The notes: generated by a model from the letters alone, not told the origin. A stretch of DNA of 64,000 nt from Psammoneis japonica (GCA_008632985.1 QPGO01000001.1:62001-126000), one strand, 5' to 3'. Shown: positions 26,043 to 39,049, numbered from the stretch's first letter. Translations and numbers: made by a program.

Positions 26043-26529
26043 TCATACCGTACAGTGGGGGAGCTGTGGAATGGGGATTTTTACTTATGGAATATACACA
26101 TGCATCAGATACTACTGATTTAAATACACAGATAAGATCATATAAGATTCAATATTGTTGTGGTGTTCTGCAAGAAATATTTCGTTTAAACCTGAATCGA
26201 CTTTTTTAATATGTTCCTTATTAACGGCTTTATACAATCATTCCCATGCTATCGAATTTTGCCTTCAAATTCATGCGTTGGAATGGCTCCAAATTTTGTT
26301 CACAAGACTCTTTCCCAACGCCTCAATAAAACAGAAGAGCCAAGACGACTTGACACAATTTCTGCCAACTTCATTTCTTGAATTAGCCAAACGGTTAAGG
26401 TGCTGGTGTGTGTTTTGAATCGTCTTTGTCCCTGACGAGACTTGTCTCCTTTGCTGTAAACTCCTCACACGTGCCACACATTTTATCACTCGCTATTCTC
26501 GCTGCATCCACAGATTTTTGCGAATCATC

Positions 26530-26727
26530 ATGAAGATTTTATCCATTCTTTTCCCGTTGGCCCTTACTGCTGCAATGATGATTCAGCCCGCGGATGCCAC
26601 GCTTCCCCCCTTTGTGGGCAAGTTTATGTGCAAACTGTTTGGGAAATACATCGGATCTAAATGCATTGGCATCAACGGAAGTAGTGGTGATCGTCGCATG
26701 TTGCGCGCAGCACAACAACAAGAGTAG
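26530..26727 (+). CDS. Small secreted peptide precursor, 65 aa
   Basis: MKILSILFPLALTAAMMIQPADA signal peptide with A-x-A site; mature TLPPFVGKFMCKLFGKYIGSKCIG with two Cys; RRMLR processing-like motif; lies in unmutated DNA. Confidence 0.6.
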   Translation: MKILSILFPLALTAAMMIQPADATLPPFVGKFMCKLFGKYIGSKCIGINGSSGDRRMLRAAQQQE

Positions 26728-27415
26728 CTGCATGTGTGTTCAATTTGCGACTCATGGCATGGTGTGTGCTAGTGTAACTACAATCTACTAGCTCCCAACA
26801 CATCATGGTAAACCCTTCTCTTGTTTCTTTTTATCTGATAATGAGCAACTATCGCGTGACAATCGATGTAATGCGTATCGTGATGCACGCGGCAGAAACG
26901 TTGTAAGAGCACATTCTGCTGCAGCCAAGACAAAAGTCATTGTTTGACTCTATAGAGATGCGGATCGAACTACATATTTTGCATTCCGCCGCATAGCAAG
27001 CCTGCACAAGCGTTGTATGCAACGGTCACGCAATATGTTCATGTGTCCAGAAAGCGCAATGGGAAACATTTAGTAAAGTTTCTTTTCCTTTGGTACTATA
27101 CTACTTCTCAAGGATAAAGGACAACCACAAGCAGATGAATGCTACGTACCCCGGTATAGCTCTCTCTCTCTCTCTCTCTACCACTAATGCATCATCTAAT
27201 TCCAAAGTGGTTTGTACGGGTATTTTGCTCCTGAAGTTGAAACAAGCTACGCTATAGTCTCAAGCGTTTTTGCGTTCCATATATTGTCATGTTGTCTATA
27301 AACGCGTTATAAACAAGGACAATTTATGATGATATGGTGCTATAGAGAGAAAAAGTCGTTTTGCAATTGCATTCATATCCATATCGCCGCAGCAGCATAG
27401 TACTGGCCCTCTTTT

Positions 27416-28396
27416 TCACTTGTTGAGTTTCGCAAATCGTGCTTCCAATTCGGCATAGGATGAATTGACATTCGTTGTTCCACCGCCACCACCAGTACTA
27501 GCGCCGCCATTGTTATTACTACTCTCGTCGTCGTCGTTGTCATTCTTCTTGTCGCCATTGTCATTGTTTACGGGTGCCGAGGGAATGGTAGGTACAAAGA
27601 TGTCAACATCTCCAAAGTCATTATCATTGTCATTGTTACTCGTAGTAGTACTCGGAGCCGTGGGCGGGACAAAGACATCTGCCGAAGGAACCGTAGGAAT
27701 GTCCCCCTTGGGTGGTGGTTGATAGTTGATTTCTTGATCGACATTTTCTTGTCCCACAACAGCGGTTCCCAACAAGCCCGTTCCACCGGCTACTTGGACG
27801 CTATACCCCACTGGCGCCGCCATGGGTTGTGCCGGAGCACTGTCGGATTGAGACACGCGTGGTTTCCAATCCACTTCAAATAGCTTGCAAATCTTTTCCA
27901 AGTAAGTCTCCACCAAGGCTGCTGCGGGTGGTTGAACCGACAATTTGGAAACGACACGTTCATTCAACACTCCACCCACATTGTTCAAAGCCGCATCTTC
28001 AAAGTCTTTTCCGTATTTAGAACGAAATTGTTTCTTGATGAGAGGCAGCTCGGCAATATCGACATAATCACATGCCCAAATTAATGTCGATACACACGAT
28101 ACCAAATCGGGTGGACACGTTTTGGAATGTTCCAATAATTTGATGCGTTCCGCCAACAATTCACATTCGAGTTGCATAATTTCATATGCTTGAATGGCAT
28201 TATCTTCTCGAATCAGAGCTTCGGCACGAATTTTTGCCAATTCCTCCTTGGGCGGATCTTCGCTCAACATGACAGCAACCGCACGCATTTGTTGTTTGGC
28301 GACGGCCGTTTTTTTATTGGATGCAATTTGAAAACGACTCGAGGCCATTTTTAATTCTGTAGGAGTAGAGTATGAGAGAGAGAAGGAGTATGAGAG

Positions 28397-28440
<44 letters not shown>

Positions 28441-28641
28441 CATGCATGTATGTATGAATTACAACAAAAGCATGTTGGCGGTGGCAACAGCGCGCGTGTG
28501 AATTTCAATAATAGTTTCACAATCGGTGCTCGACTTATGCAACAACATTAAGAATCAACCCCAGCATGTCAATGTCAAGTATAATAACGATATATTCTAC
28601 TCACGAGGCTTTAATTTCTTGGCAGAAAACCCTCCAAACAT
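27416..28641 (-). CDS. IST1: IST1, ESCRT-III-like regulator of Vps4
   Basis: Exon 1 28605-28641, intron 28357-28604 (GTGAGT..CAG, contains (CA)n/(CT)n), exon 2 27416-28356. Joined N-terminus MFGGFSAKKLKPQLKMASSRFQI; AKIRAEALIRED; C-terminal MIM-like YAELEARFAKLNK. Confidence 0.95.
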
Positions 28642-28791
28642 GGTAGTTGTTATTGTTATTGATTCGTGCTGCGTTGGCTGTTTTTCAAGTTTTTTTTAGT
28701 TGTGGGATTTTCAGCGAGCATCGAGGTGATGATTCGTGATTGGAATTGCACGACTCAAAAATCGTCTGCGAACGCAAGGCGAACGGACGCG

Positions 28792-28794
<3 letters not shown>

Positions 28795-28835
<41 letters not shown>

Positions 28836-28862
28836 CTCTCGCTCTCTCTCTCGCTCTCGCTC
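28795..28862 (+). repeat. (CT)n microsatellite at the gene/repeat border
   Basis: Direct reading. Confidence 0.9.
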
Positions 28863-28899
28863 TGCATCCACCGCATGCTCTCCATTGAACAAATTACCC

Positions 28900-30900
28900 C
28901 GCACAGCAGTCGCGTGCTCTAGAGGGCAAAGACTGGAACTAAAACATGCAACATGGTGCCACCATTTCTCAGAATTGTGATGCTTGTCTCGGATGGACTT
29001 CGGTCTGCTCATCATTTCACCGACGTAAAGCACACATCACCAAATTTCACATCTCCACATGGCAAATTCTTCAGCCCCCTCAAGTCAATGAAGTGGACAA
29101 TGAATCGGCTTGATCCAATTTGCTCTCTCCGGCCATGTTTGGCCGCGCTGATGTGACAAGGAAACCCTGACAACCTGCGCCCATCATTCTAAGCTCATGC
29201 CTTGGACCTCGCAAAGCTTCCATGCCTGCTTCACAGCCACAAACTCAGCTCCAAAGACTGAGGTCTCAATGGCACTCTGTCACTCAGAAACCCAGGCAAC
29301 CAATGCCATGTTTAAATGTGCAAAGCAGCCCACATGGGAGCACCTTGTCAGCTTGTCATTGGCATGGTTGGAATGCACAAACAAGTGCAGGTCAACATCT
29401 TCACCCAGAGCTTCTGGTGCATTGGGCAGAACAGCTTCCTTCACGTCCCCACAAAATGCCTTCCTGCCGCATTCCTTGAAGTCAGACATGTCCATTTCTG
29501 GGTGTGTCAGATCAAACACCAGCCTTGCATCATGTCTGGCCTTGAGGCATCCACACACATGCAGGATGGCCTCAAGATGGCCCTCCCTTGGTGCAGTGAG
29601 GAATGAGGCAAGCTGTGAGGTGTGCAGCTGGAAGTGCTTGCACAGCAGCGGGTGCCAGGCACCCTGCAAAAACACCAGAGTTGTTTCTGAGCAACTGGTC
29701 TGAGGCCATTTTGTCTTTTGGAGCCAAAGTGCAGACATGGCATTGGTGGTGCCAGAGATGCCTCAAAACCATGTGAACTGATGAGCCAACAAAAATGCTT
29801 GCGCATGATGATGCATCAGAGGAAGGAGCTGTTTGGGTTCAGTGTCCATGTGGTTTTTCTGCTTGTTTCCTGCAGCTTTTTGTAATTGTCATTTGGGTTG
29901 TGCAACATTTCCACCTGCTTCCACTGGCGCAAGTGCATGCTGAGCTGTCCAGAGAATGCCATCATTTTGTTCCCTTGTGTGTGTGTGCCACTCACACAAG
30001 GGAATTGTCAGACTAAAAGAAAAGCCACAAAGTCACCTTGGCCCAGCCAGCCCTCTCTGCCATGTCTGCACAGGATGGGCATTTTGAGCCAAAGGCCATG
30101 GACAAGCAAAGGTTGCTCCATGCTAAAAACACAACACTTGAAGAAATTGCTTTTGTGAAACACATGCTGGAGCTGGGAGAAGTTTGTGACAAGGAGCTCT
30201 CCGGAAGAAGAATTGGTGTGTGCTGCAGCTGCAGCAAAAAGTTGGCTGCTGCATGACCAATGTTGGCAAGCTTGAGTGGCCAGATCCCACTCCTGTTGAA
30301 TCTCAGGCACAAGCTCATGTGAAAGGAGGTGGCCAGGAAATGCCCACCCATCTGGCGGCAGCATGCAAGCAAGTGCGGTGCCTCACTGGAAGAAGATCAA
30401 GCTGAAACCAAGGGCCTGTGCAATGCCTCAAGAAGAGGCCAAAGTCAAGGAAGGGAGATGATTTGACGCTGCACCCACTCCTGCCAGAGTCAAAGAATGA
30501 CATCCCAAGAAGAAGCTGATTCAAAGATGGGTGATGACCCGATGCCACAGCTGCTCCTGCCAGAGCCAGAGAGTGAAAACCCTGGTGCCCCACCAGCCAG
30601 GCAACAGCAGCATCCAAGATGTGCTCTCCCATCTGTGTCGTGAGATTCAGCTCTAGGTGGGACCTTGTGTGGCTGGACTGGTCTTTGGACATGTGCCACA
30701 TGTTGCTTGCTCACACTTGTGTGTGTGTTCTTCCACAAAATTTCCCGTGCTCCTTCCTGCTCTGAGGGGGGGGGACAAAGGCTTTTTAATCCATGCATTT
30801 GTGAGAGTCAAAATCAGCCAGGTGTTGGTTGTGGCATCTGTTCTGTCATGTTCTCAATGGGAGTCATTCGGGCCCTCACAGCCATTGTGTGTAAATCACA
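28900..30900 (-). mobile_element. Heavily decayed Ty1/copia remnant (RT end and RNase H recognisable at 29170-29640)
   Basis: ASFLTAPREGHLEAILHVCGCLK...VFDLTHPEMDMSDFKEC...LFVHSNHANDKLTRCS...ETSVFGAEFVA, homologous to 63540-63960. Outer limits approximate. Confidence 0.8.
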
Positions 30901-31055
30901 TGGTAGAGCGCCAGAAATGGCTGTCGAAATCGGCACAAAACGTAGAGCAATCCGTAATCATAGAACTCGCAAACGCGCAAGCATTTGTGTATGACCAATA
31001 AAGCAAGGGCCAAAATAGTGGTTTGTTTGAAAATATTGACTTTACTGTTAAGCAG

Positions 31056-32096
31056 CTACATGCCCTCAAGCACTTCCTCATATCGATTCCATTGTTCCTG
31101 CGTGTCATTTGACTTCCATGCAACAAATTCGGCAAATTCACGGTTGTCTTTCACGAATACTGTGGTCTGCCAGATTTTTTTGTCGATTCGTTTGGCGCCC
31201 TGTGGAAGGGGCCGAAAGGCTGTGGCATCCACTTCATGAAAGAATTCCAACCGCAATGTCACTGGAAAGCGATTGTCCTTCTCCGTTACACGGCACTCTG
31301 ACGCATTGACAACAGACAGCTTCAGCACTGACATACTGTCCATGTTGTTCAGACCATCAAGCATCTGGTGGAGGGGCCATGACGCAGCGAGCACATTGTT
31401 GGGGTTTCTTGCGACAGATCGAAATCTTGCCTTGTCTTTCGAGTGGCATTTATAGGGTCTGTTCGTTCCAACGCAGATATCGAGCGATTGATATATTGCG
31501 ACGGGGTCGGTAGGTGCAACACTTTCAGTTACTGGAACGGACAGTCGATAAGAGTGTAGTTGGTTGAGCGAAAGGCACGGAGACTCTGAATCGTCGGGAA
31601 TGTAGTGTTGAAGGTAATACCTCGTTAAATCTCCAGGGTTTCGCACTTCTTTCGGGTTAGGTGGGTCGATTTTCACGCCATCAAGCTGCGCAATTTCTTT
31701 ATGGATTTCCCAGTGATTTATCGAAGACTGAAAGGCCATCGCATCCCCTACAACCAAAAAATACGCTTTGACGGTCAGGTCGTCACCGTCGTAACGCACT
31801 TGCTGCCCCTCACCTTCCGAAAAGGAACCATTGTGTTCTTCTAAAATCTTGTAAACGTTGCCTCTTGCCCCGTGCGACCTCAAGGCACCTTCCACACGGG
31901 CACAAACAAGAAAGACGGGCGGCTTTGACTCCTCTCGGATTAACCGACGGAGCTTTCCCTTCGTTCTCAAATCTGCTGGAAGGCCAGCATGCTCAATAAC
32001 TTCGAGTTGTTCTTCTACTGTCTGCAAATCAATGAGTTCGATGCCCAACTCATCTGCTGACCGCTTCAACTTCTTTACGTCTTTGTCTTCGTTCAT
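31056..32096 (-). CDS. Crinkler (CRN)-like protein with C-terminal HNH-type nuclease-like domain, 346 aa
   Basis: Intact ORF with normal Tyr. Pattern VEGALRSHGARGNVYKI...YQSLD...CHSKDK...NPNNVLAASWPLHQMLDGL...TTVFVKD...FVAWK resembles oomycete CRN C-terminal domains (from recall, needs HMM confirmation). Confidence 0.65.
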   Translation of the reverse strand: MNEDKDVKKLKRSADELGIELIDLQTVEEQLEVIEHAGLPADLRTKGKLRRLIREESKPPVFLVCARVEGALRSHGARGNVYKILEEHNGSFSEGEGQQVRYDGDDLTVKAYFLVVGDAMAFQSSINHWEIHKEIAQLDGVKIDPPNPKEVRNPGDLTRYYLQHYIPDDSESPCLSLNQLHSYRLSVPVTESVAPTDPVAIYQSLDICVGTNRPYKCHSKDKARFRSVARNPNNVLAASWPLHQMLDGLNNMDSMSVLKLSVVNASECRVTEKDNRFPVTLRLEFFHEVDATAFRPLPQGAKRIDKKIWQTTVFVKDNREFAEFVAWKSNDTQEQWNRYEEVLEGM

Positions 32097-33599
32097 GGCT
32101 AAATCAAGACAGATTGCAGAGATTGAAGATACACAAAACGAGGATAGTGAGGTGTGATTTCGCGCGTTGCGGCGCCACTTACTCCACTGCACGCGAGAGT
32201 TCCCACAAATTTTCTTGGAGTTCTCTGGATTTCCTGCGCGCGCTTCGTGGCGCGTGACTTTGGATGAAGCATGGCGCGTTTTCTGGAGGAATTACTGGGC
32301 GGGCAGGTGGGGTTTTTCTGGTCACATTGCTGGATTTTTCACCTTTTTCTGGGTCAATTTCTGGGTGGTCCTTCTCGGATTTTACTGGTTTTCATTCCTG
32401 GACGCCAAATTGCTGTCTCACATTTCTGGGTTTGAGGGTTCCTCCAATGTTGTGGGGGACGGCCCATTTCTGGAACACCAGGAATCGGTGCTCTCCTCTG
32501 TTCCTGGACCATGTTTCTGGTGCAGCATCATTCTCAACTGTGGTGCAACGCATTCATTTAAATGCCACAGCACTGACAACTGTGACATCAATGGAGAATC
32601 AATTGAGATGCAACCAAACAAACCAAGTCAACACACATTGGCGGAACTGACATGTTCCATGCAGCACTTCACCGCGCAGTTTCTCACGATTCTCAATGCA
32701 GAAAGCAAACTTTCAATTAATCGTCAAGCCTCTTCCTTGGTTTTCTTGCCCTTCTGGGCCTGTCAGAGGTGCATCTCTGTCTTGCAGTGCATGCCATCAT
32801 CCTGAGACTTGTTCGCAAAGGATTCGCTGTGGTTCTGGCTGCAAGCATGGTGGTCGCATGCATTGTTCTTTTGCACCTCATCGGATGCTCTGTGGCAGTG
32901 TGTGCAAGAGGGAAGAACAATTGGTGTGAGTTGCCAGAAAAGGAAAAGAGAGCTGTTCTGAGGACAACTTGCCAACATGACGAATGTGCGAACATCCAAT
33001 CCCACAAGCATTTGAAGCACCGAGCACATCGACAGAGGAACGTGATGGATGGGCGCGGCGCCATTTTCAGCATTGGCCTGTTGCTGTTGCTTTTTAGCCT
33101 GCAACACAACCACACCTGCTGTTCTCTCATTGACATTGCCAATTGGCTGGTCTCACAATGCACCGATCAATGCTGTGTGCCACCTGGCTCTTGGCTTGAG
33201 CGAGATGGCAGAGAAGAGGCTGTTCGAGGAGCGAGCATGATGAGACCCTTTGGGCACCCCCCTGTCAAACCTGACCAGATCCATCTGCAACATGCAGAAA
33301 TGCTCCTCCCAGACCTGCAGTCCAAGACCTCCCATCTCTTCCAAATGGCGAGTCAGAGTTAAAGCTGTTTTCTCTCTCAAGCTTCCAAGTGCAGCAGGGG
33401 GGCAGAAGCAGAATCAATGCAGGTTCTGGCATTGAACTCACCTTTCAGCAAACAACCCAACAATCACAGCATGCAGAGCCTGTGTGACTTCTGGCATTGA
33501 TCTCACTGTCAGGAACAGTCAGCGCATGACATGTGTGATCACAACGACTGCAGCTGCCATCAATGGCATCAACAATGACGGTTGTTGCTTCAATTTGAC

Positions 33600-36270
33600 A
33601 GCCTGCATTTTGCCGCCCCCCATTCTGAAAGTTTCCCCTGGTTTTCCCTGGAGACCTTCAGTGCATTTGGCTTTCAGTTGCTGGATTGGTTGGTTGCGGC
33701 AGGATGTCCTTTAACTCTGGAGCAGCAGTTGGGAAAATTTCTCACCCCATTTTGGCATGGATTGAGTGACCGGGGGCTGGAACTTCACAAGATGAGCCTT
33801 GCAATGCTCAGCCAACATTCTCACAGTGTTCCCTGAGTTTCTCTGGACACCTTCAATGCCCTCAGCCTGCAGTTGCTGTGTTGGTTGGTTGCACCAGGGT
33901 GTCCTTTCACTCTGGACTCAGGGCTTTCATCAGGTGTCAGGTCTTGCTCTGGTGGCATGGGGGCAAGTGACTGGGGGCTGGAACTGCACCAGATGTTCCT
34001 TGTGACACTCCCCCACCAATCTCAAAGTGTTTTCTGGGTTTCACTGGAGACTGTCAATGCCCTCAGCCTGCAGTTGTTGGGTTGGTTGGTTGCACCAGCA
34101 TCAGGGTGTCCTTTCACTCTGGAGTCAGGACTTTCATCAGCTGTTGCTCTGGCTTGGCTGAAGTGACTTGTGGCTGCAACTGGACCAGATGAGCCTTGCA
34201 ACACTCCAACACTGTTCTCAAAGTGTTCCCTGGGCTCCACCAGACATTGTTGGGTTGGCTGGTTGTGTCATGCTGGTGTTCTTTCTCTGGGGAGACAGGA
34301 GTTTTTCTGCTCTCACTCTGGCATGGCTGAAGTGACTGGTGAGCACCACTGCACAAGGCACAACATGAGCCTTTCAAAACTCCATCACCACCCTCAAAGT
34401 GTCCTCTGGTTTCCCTGCAAATCTTCAATGCCTTTGGCCTGCAGTTGATGGGTTGGTTGTGTCAAGGTGTCCTTTCACTCTGGAGCAGTTGGGAATTTTC
34501 CTCCTCTCATTTTGGCATGAATTGAGTGTCTGAGGGCTGGAACTGCAACAGACGAGCCTTGCAACACTCTGCCGCTGTTCTCAAAGTGTTCCGCGGGTTC
34601 CACAAGAGACCTTCGATGCCCTCAGAAAACAGTCATTTGGTTGGTGGATTGCATCAGGGTGTCATTTCACTCTGGAGCAGTTTGGCAGTTAACTGCTCTC
34701 AATCTGGCATGAAGCAAGTGACTGGGGGTTGCAACTGCATCAGGTGAGCCTTGCTGCACTAAAACACCAATCTCAAAGTGTTTCCTGGGTTTCACTGGAG
34801 AAGTTCAATGCCCTCAGCCTGCAGTTGATGGGTTGGTTGGTTGCATCAGGGTGTTCTTTCTCTGAGGAGTTGTGGGAGTTTTTCTGCTCTCACTCTAAAA
34901 GGCGTTCAGTGATTGGTGGCTGCAAATGCACCAGATGGGCCTTGCAACACTCCACTGCCATTCTCACAGTGTTTCCTGGGTTTGCCTGAAGAGCTTCAGT
35001 GTCCTCAGCATGCAGTTGTTGGGTTGGTTGGTTGCATGAGTGTGTTCTTTCTCTGAAGAGTCAGGAATTTCAGCTCTCACCATGTCATGGAGTGAGTGAC
35101 TGGTGGCTGCACTTGCACCAGATGGGCCTTGCGACACTCCACTGCCATTCTCACAGTGTTCCCTGAGTTCCTCTGACGAGCTTCAATGCCCTCAGCCTGC
35201 AGTTGTTGGGTTGGTTGGTTGCATCAGGGTGTTCTTTCTCTGAAAAGTTGGGAGTTTTTCAGCTCTCACTCTGGCATGCATTCAGTGGCTGGTGGCTTCA
35301 ACTGCAACAGATGGGCCTTGCAACACTCCACCAGCACTCTCAAAGTGTTCCCTGGAACCCTCCAAAGACCTTTGATGCCCCCAGCCTGCAGTTGATGGGT
35401 TGGTTGGTTTGCTGCATCAGCGCATCCTTTCACTTTGGATTCAGCAGTTTCAAGTCTCACTCTGGAATGGATTGAGTGACTGGTGGCTGCAACTGCACCA
35501 GATGAGCTCTTTGACACTCCAGCAACATTTTCAAAGTGCTCTGCCCTGGGCTCCAGTGGAGACCTTCAATGTCCTCAGCTTTCAGTTGTTGGGCTGGTTG
35601 GCTGTGTCAGCGTGTCCTTTCACTCTGGAGTCAAGAGTTTCAGCTCTCACTCTTGCATGTGTCAAGTGACTGGCAACAGCAGCTGCACCAGAGAAACCTT
35701 GCAACACTCCACCACCATTCTCAAAGTGTTCTCTGGGGTCCACTGGAGACCTTCAATGCCCTCAGAGTGCACTTGTTGGGGGTTGTTTGGCTGGAGTCAG
35801 CAGTTTCAGCTCTCACTCTGGCATGGATCAAGTGATTGGTGGCTGCAAATGCATGAGATGAGTCTTGCAATGCTCCGCTGCTGCTCTCAAAGTGTTCCTT
35901 TTGTTTCAAGGGAGAGCTTCGACACCCTCAGCTCTCAGTTGTTGGGTTGGTTTGCTGCATCAGGGTCCTCTTTCACTTTGGATTTAGCAGCTTCAGGTCT
36001 CACTCTAGAGGGGATCAAGTGACTGGTGGCTGCAACTGCACCAGACAAGCCTTGCAACACTCCGCCATCATTCTCAAAGTGTTCCCTGGGGTCCGCCAGA
36101 GACTTTCAATGCCCTCAGCCTGCATTTGTTGGGTTGTTTGGTTGCATCAGAGTGTGTCCTTTTACTGTGGAGTCAAAAGATTTGGCTCTCACTCTGGCAC
36201 AGATCAAGTGATTGGTGGCTGCAACTGCACCAGATGAGCCTTGAATGCTCTGCCACTGTTCTGCTCAAAA
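33600..36270 (+). repeat. Degenerate tandem array, about 14 units of about 190 bp
   Basis: Core AATGCCCTCAGCCTGCAGTTGTTGGGTTGGTTG at about 33856, 34056, 34427, 34617, 34807, 34998, 35185, 35375, 35568, 35756, 35922, 36108. Confidence 0.92.
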
Positions 36271-38634
36271 TGTTTGTGCCTTTGGGCATGTGGAGGAAGC
36301 TGAGAGTGCAGACAAACTCTTGTCAGAGGAAGCTTTTTCTGCTGTTGGCTGACACTTGCTCCTCAGTGCTTTGAGATTTGTGTCTGACCTGGGGACAGGA
36401 AGAGTGTGGGCAGATGATGATGATGATGGCAGCAATGACGACATGTTCGATCGTGTTGTTGTGCTGGAAGTGCGTGGTGCTTGTTTGTGAGGACAGGCTG
36501 TGATGGGCAACAACAGCACCGAACGAAATGCGCTCATTGTGGAAGGAAGCAACAACGCCACTTTCCATGCCACTGAAGTCCACAGGACTTTTGGCAACTT
36601 CATTTTTCTTTTTGGCTTGCAACAGCACAAACTCAAGTGCTGCGTGCAACCACTCTCTAGAGAGAAAAGACTTGAAGCTTGATGCCAAGAATGGAGGAGT
36701 GTCTGTTGCACTGCTCTGCAATGGGATTTTTGAGAGATTTTGATTTTTCTTTGATGGGTGTCAGTTGCGCGATCATGCTTGCTAAAATTTTTGATTTTGC
36801 AGGCGGGTGACGCAAGAACCGGTGGAAGAATTGTGCTGCTGCCTGTTCTGCATTGCAGAAGTTGGCAGTCGCACAAAGGAGTGTTTTGCAGAATTGGGCG
36901 GGGAGTTCTGAAAGAATTTTTTTTGCAATGGCATTCAATGAAAGACTGTCTTTCAGCACACACATGATGTCAGAAACACGAACAACCGATCCCACAAACG
37001 TCCCCGATGTTGATGTGTCTGAAATCCCCAAATCATCATTCCCATCATGGACCATTTCGCATGACCCCACAACCTGTTTTTCTGACTGTGCCAAAACCAC
37101 TGAGTGAAAAGAAAGACCACCGCAGGACTGAGAGCACAAGAACGGCAGCAGAGGATGCGGGATCAAAACCAAGCCCATGTCCAAAGCCTCTGCAATGTAA
37201 ACAACATTTTCTGAACTTTGTGTGCCACAAATCCATCTCCTCCTCCTTTGATTGAAAAGAAATGTGATGTCTTCTCTCCAGCTGGAGAGTGCCAAAAAGT
37301 TTTTTGGCACAGTCAAAGAATGGGTTGTGAGGTTTTTGGCTCTGTGCAAAATGCGGTCCATTGCCAAATCTGCGCATGGGGACACACCGAATGATTTTAG
37401 CCAGTGGCTAAAATCTTGTGTGGACACATGCCAGGTTTGCACACTGGTGCATTTTCCACACAGGAAATGTTTGCTGTCCATTTCACTGAACCTGTGAATG
37501 TCATGTGTGCAGCGGTTTGCTGCTGACTGTGACGTTCGTCAACATGAAACCTTCAGCTTTTAAGCCTTAAAAAACAAGTGCAAAAACAAAAAACTTCAAA
37601 CAATGACATGCGTGCAAAAGAAGACAATGGGGCGGCATTAAAAGGCGTCATCATCAAATGAATCGCATGCCAGAAGAAATGTGTGGAATTCTGCAGGAGG
37701 TTTCTAGCCACTGGCTAAATTCATTCGGGATGTGAGCACTTTCTTGGCTCTGTGCAAAATGCATGGGGTCTGTCATTCAGTGAGGGCGCGCGAAAAACCC
37801 GGGTGTGATGCGCGTTTTTCACTTTGGCAAAGGCCGTTGAGCTGTTGTCAAATTTGTTTGATCACTGAGATGCATGTCCACTGTTTCTCCCCTTCATCAT
37901 GATCGTTGATTGATGAATCAACAGTTGCAATGGTCCAAACAGTTGCAGTGTTGCTGCCTCCAACACTCAAAGGGGCATGACGCCTGGGGCACTTGGGGAA
38001 TTTTCCTGGGTTTTTGTGCGTGCTTCGTGCCCGCAGAAGCTGTGTGGTGCTCTGCACTGCAACTCATGACAAAAAAGGCAACACATGCAAGCTTGTTGCC
38101 GCAAGAGCAACAGAGTGCACCAATGGAACAACAAACGTTGGTTTCTCGTCATGCCGTTGAGTTTGTGGCATCAACAGCAATTGGGTGCAGCTGAGGAGGC
38201 AGAAGCAGGATCCTCGCCATTGAGCATTCCAGGCTTGATGGTCGCTGGTGTGGGTGGTGATGATGTGACAGAAGTGTGTTTTTCACAGGTGGCCACAGCG
38301 GAGGCCAAGGAAGAGGGAGATGGTGGTGACAGTGGAGCAGAACAATGTCAGCTCAAGACCAACAACACTTGAAACACCTCTGCGCAGCAATGAAATGACA
38401 GCAACACTCACATTCTGTTGACTCACCATCTTCATCTGACGTGTTCCAGCCGCACGTGAACCAAATCGTGCACAAAAACGACATTTGCGTGATTTTTGCG
38501 CGGTCCCTGACTTGCGATCGAACTTTCACCACCAAAAGTGTAGATTTGTGCAAGTGTGAATGTTTTGCAACACTGACAAGACTCGTGTGAGTGTTGCAAT
38601 GTCATTGTTGTTGTGCTGTCTGTGTTTTTCACAA

Positions 38635-39049
38635 GCAGTGGTCACCTCCATTTTGTGGGAAAAAAACCGTTGAACAATTGGGTGGATGGATGTGTTTCAA
38701 TGATCATGTCTCTCCCTCAAACACCGTCATCCGAACAAACCCTCAGTGTCTTGCCCCCTTTTCACACACGAGGAATTTGGCTCTGCTGTTCGTTTTCTCC
38801 GACAACGCGATTTGAGAAAAAACCGTTAAATGTGTGCATTCACTGATGAGTTTAACGGCTGTTTTCCCAAATCGCGTCATCGGAGAAAACGAACAGCAGA
38901 GCCAAATTCCTCGCACATGAAAAGGGGGGCAAGACACTGAGGGTTTGTTTGGATGACAGTGTTTGAGGGAGAGATGTGATCATTGAAACACATTCATCCA
39001 CCAAATTATTTGACGGTTTTTTTCCCACAAAATTTGGGTGATCACTGCT
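38635..39049. repeat. Foldback inverted repeat (MITE-like), about 195-bp arms with about 20-bp spacer
   Basis: Arms align end to end; differences are mostly CA/TG/TA/CG swaps. Confidence 0.93.

Noticed and set aside
33600..36270. Array as a decayed repeat-protein gene or centromere
   Set aside because: Unit lengths vary and are not consistently multiples of three, no frame gives a known repeat, and the array is short and diverged.
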